Assembly: GCA_963772185.1 (NCBI GenBank) | Contig: CAVYWR010000025.1 | Coordinates: 1,162-65,161, forward strand | DNA: 64,000 nucleotides | Reading direction: 5' to 3' | DNA from: an uncultured cyanobacterium | Lineage (GTDB): Bacteria > Cyanobacteriota > Cyanobacteriia > Phormidesmidales > Phormidesmidaceae | Part shown: in pieces, positions 9,124 through 19,287 of the stretch | How positions within the stretch are numbered: position 1 is the stretch's first letter | How the letters are laid out: every line of letters starts with the position of its first letter | Made by a program: the position numbers and the translations under genes | Notes under the pieces: model-generated | The model's input: the letters and a program-made list of their open reading frames with translations, nothing else | The model's database searches: none | Told to the model about the DNA's origin: nothing

Positions 9124-11899
9124 CTACAGCACAGAAGACGCCGTTGCACTATTAAAGAGCTGAAATTCTTTCACGTGAGCGTTGTTTGATTCTTCTGAGG
9201 GCTCATCGGCAGACGCCGATTGAGAAGTCTGCAAAGCAGATCTAGACGAGCTGGTAGGGGTAAATCCTTCAGATACAGGCCCCTTTGCAGAAATCAGCGA
9301 GATTGCCTGGCTGACGCTCTCTGGCAAAATGACCACTAGGCTATCCTCTGGTGCATTGTCCAACGCGTAGTTGACAGCGCTAGTTTCATCCAGCTCAATA
9401 TGATAAGAAAAGTCACCCGCAAGCTGCTCTGGAGTCGCTTGTGATATTCCCCGTTCAATTAGCGCCGCTACCGCACCAGGCGCTCGCCCACGTCTGTCTT
9501 CGTCTTCTTTGATTACCACCTGATCGAAGATATCAGCCGATAGTTGACCAAGCGCTACAAAGTCTTCGTCTCGGCGATCGCCCGGTGCACCCACCACGCC
9601 AATCGAAGGACCGGGCCAGTTTTTCACAAAGCTCCCAATCGCTTCATAACCAGCCGGATTGTGGGCATAGTCCACCAGCGCATGATAGCGACCCATATTA
9701 AACAGATTCATCCGCCCGGGGATCTGGCTAGCCGATGGCTGAAAGCTCTGCAGGGCCGTGCGAATCTGGTCTATCTTTACGCCCTGAACAAACCCAGCTA
9801 AGCTAGCCGCCAAGTGCGTTCGCAATCATAAACGGCGCTCGACCGCCCATAGTCAGAGGTACCCGATCGGCTTTGATGATCCGGTGTAGCCAGTCCTGCT
9901 GAATAATCGAGAGATAGCCTTCTTCGTAAACGGCTGCAATCCCGCCATTAGTGAGATGCGATCGCACCAGCGGATTACTAGGGTCCATCGAGAAATAGGC
10001 GACCTTGGCCTGCACCCGGCTAGCCATTGCAGCGACTCTTTCATCATCAGCATTTAGCACAGCGCAGCCATTAGCAGCCACCGACTCAGCAATCACCGCT
10101 TTTAGCTTTGCTAGCTGATCAATTGTATTAATATCGCCAATGCCTAAATGGTCCGCCGCCACGTTCAGCACAATTCCGACATCGCACTGGTCAAACGCTA
10201 GACCAGAGCGCAGCAGTCCGCCCCGAGCCGTCTCCAGCACAGCCATTTCGACTGTCGGATCTTCTAGGATCATCCGCGCGCTCTGCGGACCTGTTGTATC
10301 CCCCTTTTCGACCAGGTGATTGCCAATGTAGATGCCATCTGTTGTGGTAAAGCCAACCGTGTTGTAGACCTGACGGAAGATATGTGCCGTCAGCCTAGTC
10401 GTAGTCGTTTTCCCGTTCGTTCCGGTGATTGCCACAATCGGAATCCGGCTCGGCTGACCGGGCGGCATCAGCATATCTAGAATAGGCGCACCCACATTGC
10501 GAGCAACCCCCTGACTAGGTGCTACATGCATCCGCAGCCCAGGCGCAGCGTTCACCTCTACGATTACTCCATCAGCGACAGTCAGTGTCTTAGAAATATC
10601 GGTGGTGACCACGTCAATACCCGCCACGTCTAGACCCAGGATCTGGGCAGCGCGCTCCGCGATCCAGATTGTCTCCGGATGAATCTCATCGGTTCGATCG
10701 ACAGCGGTGCCGCCTGTACTCAGGTTTGCGGTCGCTCTGAGGTAGCAGATCTCCTTGTCTTTTAGCACTGTATCTAGCGTGAGACCCTGCGACTCTAGCA
10801 GCTTGTCGCTCATGCGATCTAGCTTGATTTGCGTTAGCAGGTTGTCATGCCCTTCGCCGCGCCTTGGATCCTGATTTTCTATTTCGACTAGCCGCTCAAC
10901 CGTATCAATCCCGTTGCCAACCACATGAGCAGGCACTCGCTCGGCCACTGCCACCATTTTGTTGTTCACCACTAGAATGCGGTGGTCTCGGCCCTGATAG
11001 TGGTGCTCTACAATCACCCCATCAGAGACACTACGAGCCAGATCGTAGGCAGCTTCGGCCTGATCCCAATCGCGGATGTTTAGCGTGATGCCCCGGCCAT
11101 GATTGCCATCTAGCGGCTTAATGACAATTGGATAGCCCCCTAGATAGTCCAGCGAATCTTCAAGTTCACGTAGGGAATATATCACTGTGCCCTTTGGCAC
11201 CGGAATCCCGGCGTTGCCCAGTATTTGCTTAGTCGCCTCTTTATCACAGGCAAGCTCTACACTCAAGATGTTGCTGTGAGAGGTCAGTGACGCCTGCACG
11301 CGCTTTTGATGAATGCCGTAACCAAATTGGAGTAGGTTGCGAACATCTAACTCTAACCACGGAATGTTACGCACCTGAGCCGCGCGGACTAAGGCTTCGG
11401 TGCTAGGACCAAGCGCAGCGGCTGCTCGCAACTCTCGTAGATCCTCAAGGTCTTTTTGAATCTCAGAGTCCGGATACGAACCCGTTTCTATGACACTCTC
11501 GCACAGCCTTAGCGCTGCTCTAGCGGCGTAGCGACCAGCCGCCTCATTTTCGTATTGAAAGACAACCTGATAGACGCCGGGATCGGCGGTCTCACGAGTG
11601 CGTCCAAACCCAACAGGCATCCCAGCTAGCGTCTGTAGCTCTAAAGCAACATGCTCGATAATGTGGCCCATCATGGTGCCCGTTTTTAGCCGATTCAGGA
11701 AGCCCCCTCGCACGCCTGGGGAGCAAAAGTGCTCTATCAAACTAGGCAGCGTCGCAACCAAGCCTTCGTAAAAGCCATCGATCGTATCAGAAGGGCGCTC
11801 GGCTAGCTCCTCTAGATCGAGTCGAACGACAATTAGCTTTCCGTATCGGATGCTCCAGTAATTTGGTCCACGCAGCGTCTGAGTTTTAAGAACTTTCAT
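9124..11899 (-). pseudogene. cphA: Cyanophycin synthetase CphA1, split by a +1 frameshift near 9812 as assembled (may be a sequencing error)
   Basis: MKVLKTQTLRGPNYWSIR, EHFCSPG, ATP-grasp IKPLDGNHGRG and Mur-ligase AITGTNGKTTT. Track ORFs 9803..11929 and 9124..9825 join as MIANAL/AASLAGFVQG...PGRMNLF...VDYAHNPAG if one base is removed. Confidence 0.93.
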
Positions 11900-12355
11900 A
11901 GTGTCGGGTATAGGCAACCGGATGGACAAAAACTAATGCTTGATACTCTCTGGAAAACTAAATAAAACTTATCAAGTTACAAACCATTTTATACGCTGTC
12001 TGACCTTCTGATACAAGAGACTTTTGAAATAGAAATTCTTCTTTTAGAGAGAAGAAACTATAGAAAGGGAAGACGGTGTTAAGTGGTCTGAATTCAGTCC
12101 GCTCTATTACGCCTATCCCTTGCCTGTACTGTATCGTGAGGCAGTCGAGATAATAGCAGTCAGCCTACATACTCAGAGTCTCACTACCGGTCTTGCTATA
12201 TCTTTCATCTATAACGGTGATAGGCAAACGAAATAAAAAAACAGTAGATTTATGGCGTATTGAAGTACTAGATATAGGTGTGCTTAACGAGCTCTCTCAC
12301 CTTTAAATTAGTGTCGGCTCGGTCACCGCTCTGGCAACCACTCTAGTAAACCGAC

Positions 12356-13237
12356 CTAGTGCTGAAGCTGAATCAGTGCGCGCGCTTTGTAATCGTAACG
12401 ATCGCCCTGATTCAAAACATGAACCTTGAGATTGTGAAGGCTCAATGGTGAAGTCTCTAGGCTTTCAGGGTAGCTAGTATGGGTCAAACTGCCAGGGTCA
12501 ATCACGGTGATCGTGCCCTTTCCTAGCACATGAAAAATACCGTCTTGGGCGATCGCAATGCAGGTATCCTCATCAATGCCGACCCCCAGTCTGTTGGGGT
12601 GAGCGGCGATCGCACTCAATAGCCGCGCCATCCGGTTGCGATTGTGAAAATGCTGGTCTACTAACAGCTCAGGAACAAATCCCAACCCATCGGTTAGATC
12701 AACAAGGCTCTGATTTGGAGACTCACCGCTGCTACCACCTGCGATCATCTGCTCGCCCATAATCGCTGCGCCCGCACTAGTCCCGGCCAGCACCAGTTCA
12801 GATCTAGCCAGCTTTTCCTTTAGCACTTGCAAAAGTAGAGTGTCCCCAATGAGATCGCGCAGCCGCAGCTGATCTCCACCGGTGATAAAGACCCCACTAC
12901 AGTCGTTTAACACGTCTATCCAGCGCGCTTCCTCACACTCGCTGCGATAGCGAATGTCGAGCACCTGCACACGTGGAGCGCCCATTGCAGTAAAAAGCTG
13001 ATAGTACCTATCACCGACAACGGCAGGTTCCCTAGAAGCGGATGGAATAACGCCGATAGTCGCACTATCTCCACCCGCGCTTTTAACAAATGCGTTCAAT
13101 ATACTGCACCCGTTAGTCTTGTCTTCTGCCCCGCCAATGATCATCACTGGGTACTGGGTAGACACTGTCATAGGCTTGTGAGCTAAAAGTGGTTTCACTT
13201 CCAGCATAGAGCTATCCTCGCTATTTATTAAAGGCAA
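12356..13237 (-). CDS. cphB: Cyanophycinase (start uncertain, possibly a downstream ATG)
   Basis: IIGGAEDK, FITGGDQLRL, GTSAGA nucleophile, DQHFHNRNRMARL and GIDEDT; lies directly upstream of cphA. Confidence 0.95.
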   Translation of the reverse strand: MPLINSEDSSMLEVKPLLAHKPMTVSTQYPVMIIGGAEDKTNGCSILNAFVKSAGGDSATIGVIPSASREPAVVGDRYYQLFTAMGAPRVQVLDIRYRSECEEARWIDVLNDCSGVFITGGDQLRLRDLIGDTLLLQVLKEKLARSELVLAGTSAGAAIMGEQMIAGGSSGESPNQSLVDLTDGLGFVPELLVDQHFHNRNRMARLLSAIAAHPNRLGVGIDEDTCIAIAQDGIFHVLGKGTITVIDPGSLTHTSYPESLETSPLSLHNLKVHVLNQGDRYDYKARALIQLQH

Positions 13238-13360
13238 TTGCTACAGAGCGCTTGGCCGTCATACTGGCCATGACACAACGCGAATGAGTCGTTGTCTCTA
13301 TGCATACAGCAACACTGGCAGGCACATCTAGAGACCCTATCAATTGGTTGCCTAGACCTC

Positions 13361-13404
13361 AATCTATCAATAGCAATTATCAGACATTTGTATCACAAGT
13401 TACA
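13361..13404 (-). promoter_or_regulatory. NtcA-activated promoter upstream of cphB
   Basis: TGTA-tcacaagt-TACA at 13389-13404 (GTA-N8-TAC). On the minus strand a TAN3T hexamer (TAGATT) follows 23 nt after the box. NtcA control of cphBA is established in Anabaena. Confidence 0.75.
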
Positions 13405-13544
13405 CAATTACGGGGAGGCTGAAACAAAGCCTCTAGACCTACGCCGAGCACCTAGTCGTACAATAGAAAGCAAGATCTCTATCTACAGCGCTGCGTTTTG
13501 ACGCTGCGTTTTTCAATAGAGAAAAGTCTCAATGGAAAAAAGGA

Positions 13545-13811
13545 ATGAGCAAAGCAGATATCAATCAATCTATAGAGGCACTTCGAGCTGAACTAGATCA
13601 GATCGCATCGGACGATCCGACGGTCAAAGACAAGCTCTCAGCGCTGATAGCCGATATCGAAAAGCAGGTGCAAGAACCTGATAACGAGGGGCACAAGCAA
13701 AACAACATACAGAATTTGCCTACCCTAATCGAACAGTTTGAAGCAGACCATCCGAAGGTGACTACTGTGCTAGGTAGACTGCTAAATACGCTCAGCGGTA
13801 TGGGCATATAG
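13545..13811 (+). CDS. DUF4404-like small helical protein
   Basis: C-terminal IEQFEADHPKVTTVLGRLLNTLSGMGI; AAAGGA RBS before the ATG. Confidence 0.8.
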   Translation: MSKADINQSIEALRAELDQIASDDPTVKDKLSALIADIEKQVQEPDNEGHKQNNIQNLPTLIEQFEADHPKVTTVLGRLLNTLSGMGI

Positions 13812-13849
13812 CCTGTTGCTAAAGGATGCAGTCCCTAGCGCTTCTGAGC

Positions 13850-14374
13850 TTAGCTGCCGTGACACTGCTTGAATTTCAAAGCGCTGCCACACCAGCAGGG
13901 CTGTGTCCTTTTAGGCTGATAGGGCGGCAGTCTATCGCCTTCAGTGTAGAACCAGCGCGACCCTTCCCGTACAAACCTTGACCGCTCATGAAGCGGGGTC
14001 AAAGCGTCTGAGCTTTTTGAATCTGGTGCTCTTATTGCGCTCAGAGCGATCGATTGCTTTGGACAATAGGCCGCGGCAAATTCTACAGTCCCACTCCTAT
14101 CTTTTCGCTGTCCTTTTTGAGTGTTGAGTACGATCAGATTGACCCACTGCGTAATTTGAATCTGCTGTAGGTCAGTGTGATTGTTCGGGCGATAGTCAGC
14201 GTGATGGGTTGCTATCAGGTAGTCGATATTGCCCAAGACAAAGGCAGTGTAGCGCGATCGCATCAAAGCCTCAGCCGTCGGTGCGCTGCTGCCCTTAGCT
14301 GTTGCGCTCTTCAGATACAGCTCACAGCAGTTGGCGAAAGCCCGTTTGTTGCCGCAAATACACTGCTTACCCAT
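13850..14374 (-). CDS. YchJ family SEC-C metal-binding protein
   Basis: CICG..CC, APTAEALMRSRYTAF, HERSRFVREG.RWFY.EG and C-terminal PCWCGSALKFKQCHG. Confidence 0.9.
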   Translation of the reverse strand: MGKQCICGNKRAFANCCELYLKSATAKGSSAPTAEALMRSRYTAFVLGNIDYLIATHHADYRPNNHTDLQQIQITQWVNLIVLNTQKGQRKDRSGTVEFAAAYCPKQSIALSAIRAPDSKSSDALTPLHERSRFVREGSRWFYTEGDRLPPYQPKRTQPCWCGSALKFKQCHGS

Positions 14375-14433
14375 CGATCTTACTTATCCTAAAATTATCG
14401 GTGCTAAGCTTGCCATAGAACATCTGTTTTCCT

Positions 14434-15792
14434 ATGCCGCAGTCCACCGCCGCTGAAATAACCCAGGCTAAAATAGAGCAAGCTAAAGCGACGTCGCCAG
14501 CTATTCCAGAAGTGCTGCCCGGCATTGAGCTGAGTCATCAGCAGTGGCAGTCATTACAAGCGCTAGAAGCCTTTGTCCACAGCGACGAAAAAATCTACCT
14601 ACTGACGGGCTACGCGGGCACCGGTAAAACGACCTTACTACAGGCGCTGATTACCCGCTTACAGCAACAGCGTGATAGCAGGCCAATCGCGCTGACTGCG
14701 CTTAGCAACAAGGCTACCAAAGTATTGCAATCGATGGCTTACCGATGGGGCTGCGAGGTAGACTGCATGACCTGCTGTCGCCTGCTAGGACTAAAGCCTG
14801 TAATCGATAAGGAGACGGGCGGCCAAAAGTTTGAGCCGGATCGCGATCGCAAAAATCTCACCACAGAATACGATCTGGTCGTTGTGGATGAGTGTTCCAT
14901 GATCAACGTAGAAATGTGGGATTTACTCGTCAACTCGGTTTCCAGATTTACAGATCGCACCCAGCTGTTGTTTGTGGGCGATTCTGCTCAGCTACCCCCA
15001 GTGGGTGAAACTGAATCTCCTTGCTTTGAGAATATCTTGCACCGCAGCGACCTTACCGAAGTCATTCGCTACGGCGGAGCCATCGGACTACTAGCAGAAG
15101 ATGTGCGCACCCACCTAGAAAGAACAACAATGCCTCGGGCGCTGAGCGATCGCAATACTGCAAACACCGAAGGCATTTTCACCGTTCCACAGCCTCATTG
15201 GGAAAAGCTTATGCTACGAGCGTTCAAAAGCGCAGCCTACGAGCAAAATCCCGACCAAGTTCGCGTTCTCGCCTATACCAACAGCCGCGTCAACTATCTA
15301 AACAACAAGATTAGGGCCACTATCTACGGTGATAAAGCTGCTCGGTTTATGGCTGGCGAACGTCTCGTCGCTAGAAACGCCTGCATGGGACGCGATGGCA
15401 TCTTGCTACAGACATCCGAAGAATGCGAGGTAGTAGCTGCCTATCTCACCCGCTTCGAAGGCTGGCTAGTGTGGGAGCTAGAAGTCGAAACCGACGAACA
15501 ACAAGAGCGCAAACTGCGAGTTCTCCACGAAGACGAACAGCAGCGATATAAAGAAATCCTCTCCGACTACTCAGAGAAAAAACAGTGGATGGCCTTTTGG
15601 GACTACAAAGAGCTCTTTCACGATCTCAGCTACGCCTACAGCCTTACAGTGCATAAAAGTCAAGGCTCAACTTTTCAAGATGTCTTCGTGGACGTTCCCA
15701 ATCTCATGCTCAACCGCAAAGTAATGGAGCGTAATCAGCTTTACTACGTCGCTTTTACCCGCGCAGCAAAAAGGCTGTTCCTATGTCAATAG
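14434..15792 (+). CDS. SF1B DNA helicase, RecD/Dda-like
   Basis: GYAGTGKT, VVDECSMI, FVGDSAQLPPV, YSLTVHKSQGSTF and YVAFTRA. Confidence 0.9.
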   Translation: MPQSTAAEITQAKIEQAKATSPAIPEVLPGIELSHQQWQSLQALEAFVHSDEKIYLLTGYAGTGKTTLLQALITRLQQQRDSRPIALTALSNKATKVLQSMAYRWGCEVDCMTCCRLLGLKPVIDKETGGQKFEPDRDRKNLTTEYDLVVVDECSMINVEMWDLLVNSVSRFTDRTQLLFVGDSAQLPPVGETESPCFENILHRSDLTEVIRYGGAIGLLAEDVRTHLERTTMPRALSDRNTANTEGIFTVPQPHWEKLMLRAFKSAAYEQNPDQVRVLAYTNSRVNYLNNKIRATIYGDKAARFMAGERLVARNACMGRDGILLQTSEECEVVAAYLTRFEGWLVWELEVETDEQQERKLRVLHEDEQQRYKEILSDYSEKKQWMAFWDYKELFHDLSYAYSLTVHKSQGSTFQDVFVDVPNLMLNRKVMERNQLYYVAFTRAAKRLFLCQ

Positions 15793-15835
15793 AAACAGCC
15801 TTGCTCCAACATTCTATTTACCTGTCCAATCAGTC

Positions 15836-16000
15836 CTAAACGCGGGGTCGGCGACCCATTACCAGCGATACTACAAACAGGATTAGAAAAACCACAAATA
15901 GAATCTTGGCAATACTGGCTGCACCAGATGCCAAGCCCCCAAAACCAAGTACAGCCGCAACCACAGCGACTACTAAGAACAGAAAAGAGTAGCCTAACAT
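15836..16000 (-). CDS. DUF1328-like small membrane protein (54 aa)
   Basis: Manual translation [54 protein letters not shown]; GAGG RBS upstream; below the ORF-track length cutoff. Confidence 0.88.
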   Translation of the reverse strand: MLGYSFLFLVVAVVAAVLGFGGLASGAASIAKILFVVFLILFVVSLVMGRRPRV

Positions 16001-16121
16001 TCAGAAACCTCGTCTATCAGCATTCAATTGACAATGGAGCGCACTGACTCATTAAACACTTAGAGTATGTTAGGCCACTCTTTCCAAAGAGGGACATGCT
16101 GCGGATTGCCCAGGCTGCACG

Positions 16122-16760
16122 TTAGTAAGGCATTAAAGTACCCCGCAGTTCACCGCCGCGGTTCTTAGTGGTATGAATGTCTACATAGAGTCGGTTATCA
16201 GCCAGTGCCTGCATTTGCTCTTGCGTCAGAGTGTACTCTCCCATTGCTGAACCACTGCGTCCGTTATCATCGAGCATGACAGTCAAGGCGTACTGAAATG
16301 GACCGTTTTCCATCTGGGTACCTTGGTGGATATGAAAAGCCGAAGTGATATTAGAGTTAGGAGGATTAACCGGATCGCTTGCGTAGTTGCGCATATCGCT
16401 AGTCAGCATCTTGAAGCTACCTCTGACAATGAGTCGGTTGCCAGAGAGCACAGCGCCCACAGCCCCCCGAGCCGGGGTCTTTCCAGGTGAACTACCGACA
16501 ACATTGCTTTCAGTCATCGGCGCTACGTAGGAGGTGAAGGTGTCCATCCCTTGAGCTAGCAGAATCGACTTAGCAATCTGTATGTTTGTCCGGTTCGCAG
16601 CAGAGACCGAAAATTCTGAATCTAGTATTTCGAACTGACTGGCCTGAGCTGATTTCTCTGGCAAGGAATGGCTAAAGCTAGGGACACAAAATACAACTAC
16701 TGCAAGGCAGGTCGCTATACCTAGCAACAGGTGACGGAATTGTTTTAGATATGGGCGCAT
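16122..16760 (-). CDS. Secreted CHRD domain-containing protein
   Basis: N-terminal signal peptide; SAFHIHQG...NGP and LADNRLYVDIHTTKNRGGELRGTL CHRD signature. Confidence 0.88.
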   Translation of the reverse strand: MRPYLKQFRHLLLGIATCLAVVVFCVPSFSHSLPEKSAQASQFEILDSEFSVSAANRTNIQIAKSILLAQGMDTFTSYVAPMTESNVVGSSPGKTPARGAVGAVLSGNRLIVRGSFKMLTSDMRNYASDPVNPPNSNITSAFHIHQGTQMENGPFQYALTVMLDDNGRSGSAMGEYTLTQEQMQALADNRLYVDIHTTKNRGGELRGTLMPY

Positions 16761-16935
16761 ACTGTTTCTTTCTACTTAACGACAAGAATTAGGAGAGCAA
16801 GAATTTCACATGAAAAATAGTTGCACGTAGTGACTATGTACACATGCGTAGTACCACCTGTCGACAGCAGCTAATTCACACCTAGATGCACTATGTAAAC
16901 AGCTTAATTACTCTCTTTTCACATTCTTACCAAAG

Positions 16936-16962
16936 TACGCGATCGCTCCTTTAGTGGATGCA
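16936..16962 (-). promoter_or_regulatory. Putative ECF sigma promoter TGCATCC-N16-CGTA upstream of the CHRD gene
   Basis: Minus strand reads TGCATCC actaaaggagcgatcg CGTA; same architecture at 23241-23267. Confidence 0.65.
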
Positions 16963-17067
16963 AAAGATGTAGCTAGCACCAAACGAATTTGTCGGCTAGT
17001 GACTGACTATATCTGTATATGAGAGAGGACTTAACCAGGAGAAAAACGCATCAAGAGCAACATGATT

Positions 17068-17171
17068 TATAGCAAAGCGCGGATGCATTCGCACTTTGCT
17101 GTGGCACTTTGCGCTATAGAACAAGAGGTGTAGCCTTTCGTGGTGTAGTAAGCAAAGTGCGGAAGGCTATA
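17068..17171. mobile_element. 104-bp MITE-like element, copy 1 (TATAGC...GCTATA)
   Basis: 98 of 104 positions identical to 27117-27220; inverted ends sharing CGCACTTTGCT/AGCAAAGTGCG; TA at both ends. Confidence 0.85.
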
Positions 17172-17216
17172 CCTGTGCGTAGGGCACCGGGTACACACTG
17201 TATCGACATAGCTGAA

Positions 17217-18236
17217 TTATCGAACTGAACGGGCGATCGCCTCTACAGCCCTGTCTATCTGCTCGGCGCTCACCATCAAATTGGTCACTGCTCTGATTTT
17301 ACGAGGCCCAGTTGCTAAAACTGCTACGCCCTCTTGGGCCAGCGCTTTGACAACTTCGCCAGCGCCTAGCTCACTCAATTCAAAATTAACAATGTTTGTT
17401 TCTACTAAATTAGGGGCAATCGATATGCCCTTCATTCCCTGTAGTTGACTCGCTAGCCGCTGTGCGTTGTTGTGATCTTCAGCCAAGCGATCAAACTGAT
17501 GCTGCACAGCATAGAGTGCTCCAGCCGCAATCATTCCTGCCTGTCGCATGCCGCCACCGAACATCTTACGAAATCGCCGCGCGATCGCAATCTTTTCAGC
17601 ACTCCCCACTAGCGCCGAGCCAACAGGCGCACCCAAGCCCTTAGAAAAACACACGCTCACCGTATCAAAAGGCTCGGCATATTCTTTGGGCGAAATTTTC
17701 GCAGCAATACAGGCATTCCAAAATCTAGCACCGTCCATATGTAGCTGTAGCTCGTTTCGTCCGCAGACCACTGCAATCTCATGAATAACTTCTAAAGGAA
17801 AGATTCGTCCACCACTACGGTTGTGCGTGTTTTCGATACAGACTAATCGAGTCCGAGGAAAGTGAGGATCGATTGGGCGCAGCGTTTGCTCGACCGCTGC
17901 TGCGGAAAAAGTTCCCCCCTCACCGGGTAGCAATCGACAGCTAACGCCGGATAGAGCTGCCGGACCGCCGCCCTCATAATAGTAAATATGAGCTTCGGCT
18001 TCTAGGATAATCTCATCACCTGGTTGGGTGTGCGATCGCAACGCCACCTGATTAGTCATCGTTCCTGACGGCATGTAGACCGCTGCTTCCTTACCCAGCA
18101 GCATTGCTACGTAGGCTTCCAACTCATTAACCGAAGGATCATCGCCTAGTACATCGTCGCCAACCGGCGCGCTCAGCATCACCTGTCGCATCTCGGCTGT
18201 CGGCTGCGTTACCGTATCGCTGCGCAGGTCAATCAT
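17217..18236 (-). CDS. ltaE: Low-specificity L-threonine aldolase
   Basis: [36 protein letters not shown] and [12 protein letters not shown] (PLP lysine). Confidence 0.95.
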   Translation of the reverse strand: MIDLRSDTVTQPTAEMRQVMLSAPVGDDVLGDDPSVNELEAYVAMLLGKEAAVYMPSGTMTNQVALRSHTQPGDEIILEAEAHIYYYEGGGPAALSGVSCRLLPGEGGTFSAAAVEQTLRPIDPHFPRTRLVCIENTHNRSGGRIFPLEVIHEIAVVCGRNELQLHMDGARFWNACIAAKISPKEYAEPFDTVSVCFSKGLGAPVGSALVGSAEKIAIARRFRKMFGGGMRQAGMIAAGALYAVQHQFDRLAEDHNNAQRLASQLQGMKGISIAPNLVETNIVNFELSELGAGEVVKALAQEGVAVLATGPRKIRAVTNLMVSAEQIDRAVEAIARSVR

Positions 18237-18435
18237 AATTTCGTCAGGCTAACTGCTTACAACAAGCTCGTACACAGCCGATAGTAACGAACTTTGTGAA
18301 GAGCTGCTTCATATTAAAGCGGCACACAGTTCAAATCATCACACTTGGCAGCGTGTATTTTTTTATACCTATCTCATATGTTTTGGGCACTGTAAACCCA
18401 TACCTGTTGCCTTGCTCTCAAGATTCGTCAAAGCT

Positions 18436-19176
18436 ATGAGCCTATCTCTTAGAAGCTATCTAGATGCTTATCGCATGCTGCAAAGAATGCCAGAAGACAT
18501 CAGGCGAACCTTTACACCGACGCAGATACAAGCAATGGAGATAGCGTTAGTTCCGCGTACACACAGGGTAGACCGGCGCTTCTCTATTCCGCTAATGGGG
18601 ACGAGCACTTACTTTGTCTTCTTGACCGGACCAAACTCTAGAAAAGATTCTCACCAGAAGGCTCATCCGGCGAAGAAAGAATACATGCGTAAGCTATGGG
18701 CTACCAACGGGAGAGCACGCGTCCATAGTCCCAACGCTCGACGTCTACTATTTAGGATTCCACAAGAAGTCTGCACTACCTTCACACCTACGCAAATCCA
18801 GGCAATAGAAGCTGCCTTGGTCCCACGTAGTCACGCCGTCGATCTACGGTTGTCGCTACCTTTCTTCGGCCAAGGCTCTTGTCTAGCCATAGCTGCCGGA
18901 CCCAATCGCTGCGCTCACGATCACAACCTTCAAAAGCGCAATCCCTTTGTCATGCCAGCCGTCTTCACGAGCGTTTTGATAGGTGCTGCCTCTATCTTTG
19001 GACTTGTCCATCTAAGGGGAAGTAAGCTGCTTGCTCAACCCGACCAGTTCACCAAGGAAAAAGGATTCCATCCTACAGCTGTTCCCTTCAAAACAAACCG
19101 AGGAGAGTGCGAAGAAAGTGGCCGCGAGTGGATGGACAATCAGTGCATAGATACCGTTCACGACCCCGTTTTCTAG
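18436..19176 (+). CDS. Hypothetical membrane protein with an internally duplicated domain
   Basis: Two copies of RxPxxxxxTFTPTQIQAxExALVPRxHxVDxRxSxP...GPN, one TM segment and a C-terminal ECEESGREWMDNQC motif. ATG at 18436 preferred over TTG at 18412. Confidence 0.75.
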   Translation: MSLSLRSYLDAYRMLQRMPEDIRRTFTPTQIQAMEIALVPRTHRVDRRFSIPLMGTSTYFVFLTGPNSRKDSHQKAHPAKKEYMRKLWATNGRARVHSPNARRLLFRIPQEVCTTFTPTQIQAIEAALVPRSHAVDLRLSLPFFGQGSCLAIAAGPNRCAHDHNLQKRNPFVMPAVFTSVLIGAASIFGLVHLRGSKLLAQPDQFTKEKGFHPTAVPFKTNRGECEESGREWMDNQCIDTVHDPVF

Positions 19177-19287
19177 AGCAAGAAGAACTCATGAATCACC
19201 TGTTAGATTGGCGTATGGCCCCAGAAACTATGCACAATCGCGCTGGCAATCCGGGCAAGTTAGATATATCAGACAGCGTCCAATATC

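Noticed and set aside
13808-13840. TATAGC...GGATGCAG as another footed hairpin
   Set aside because: Wrong spacing, no stem complementarity, and it overlaps the stop codon of the DUF4404-like gene.
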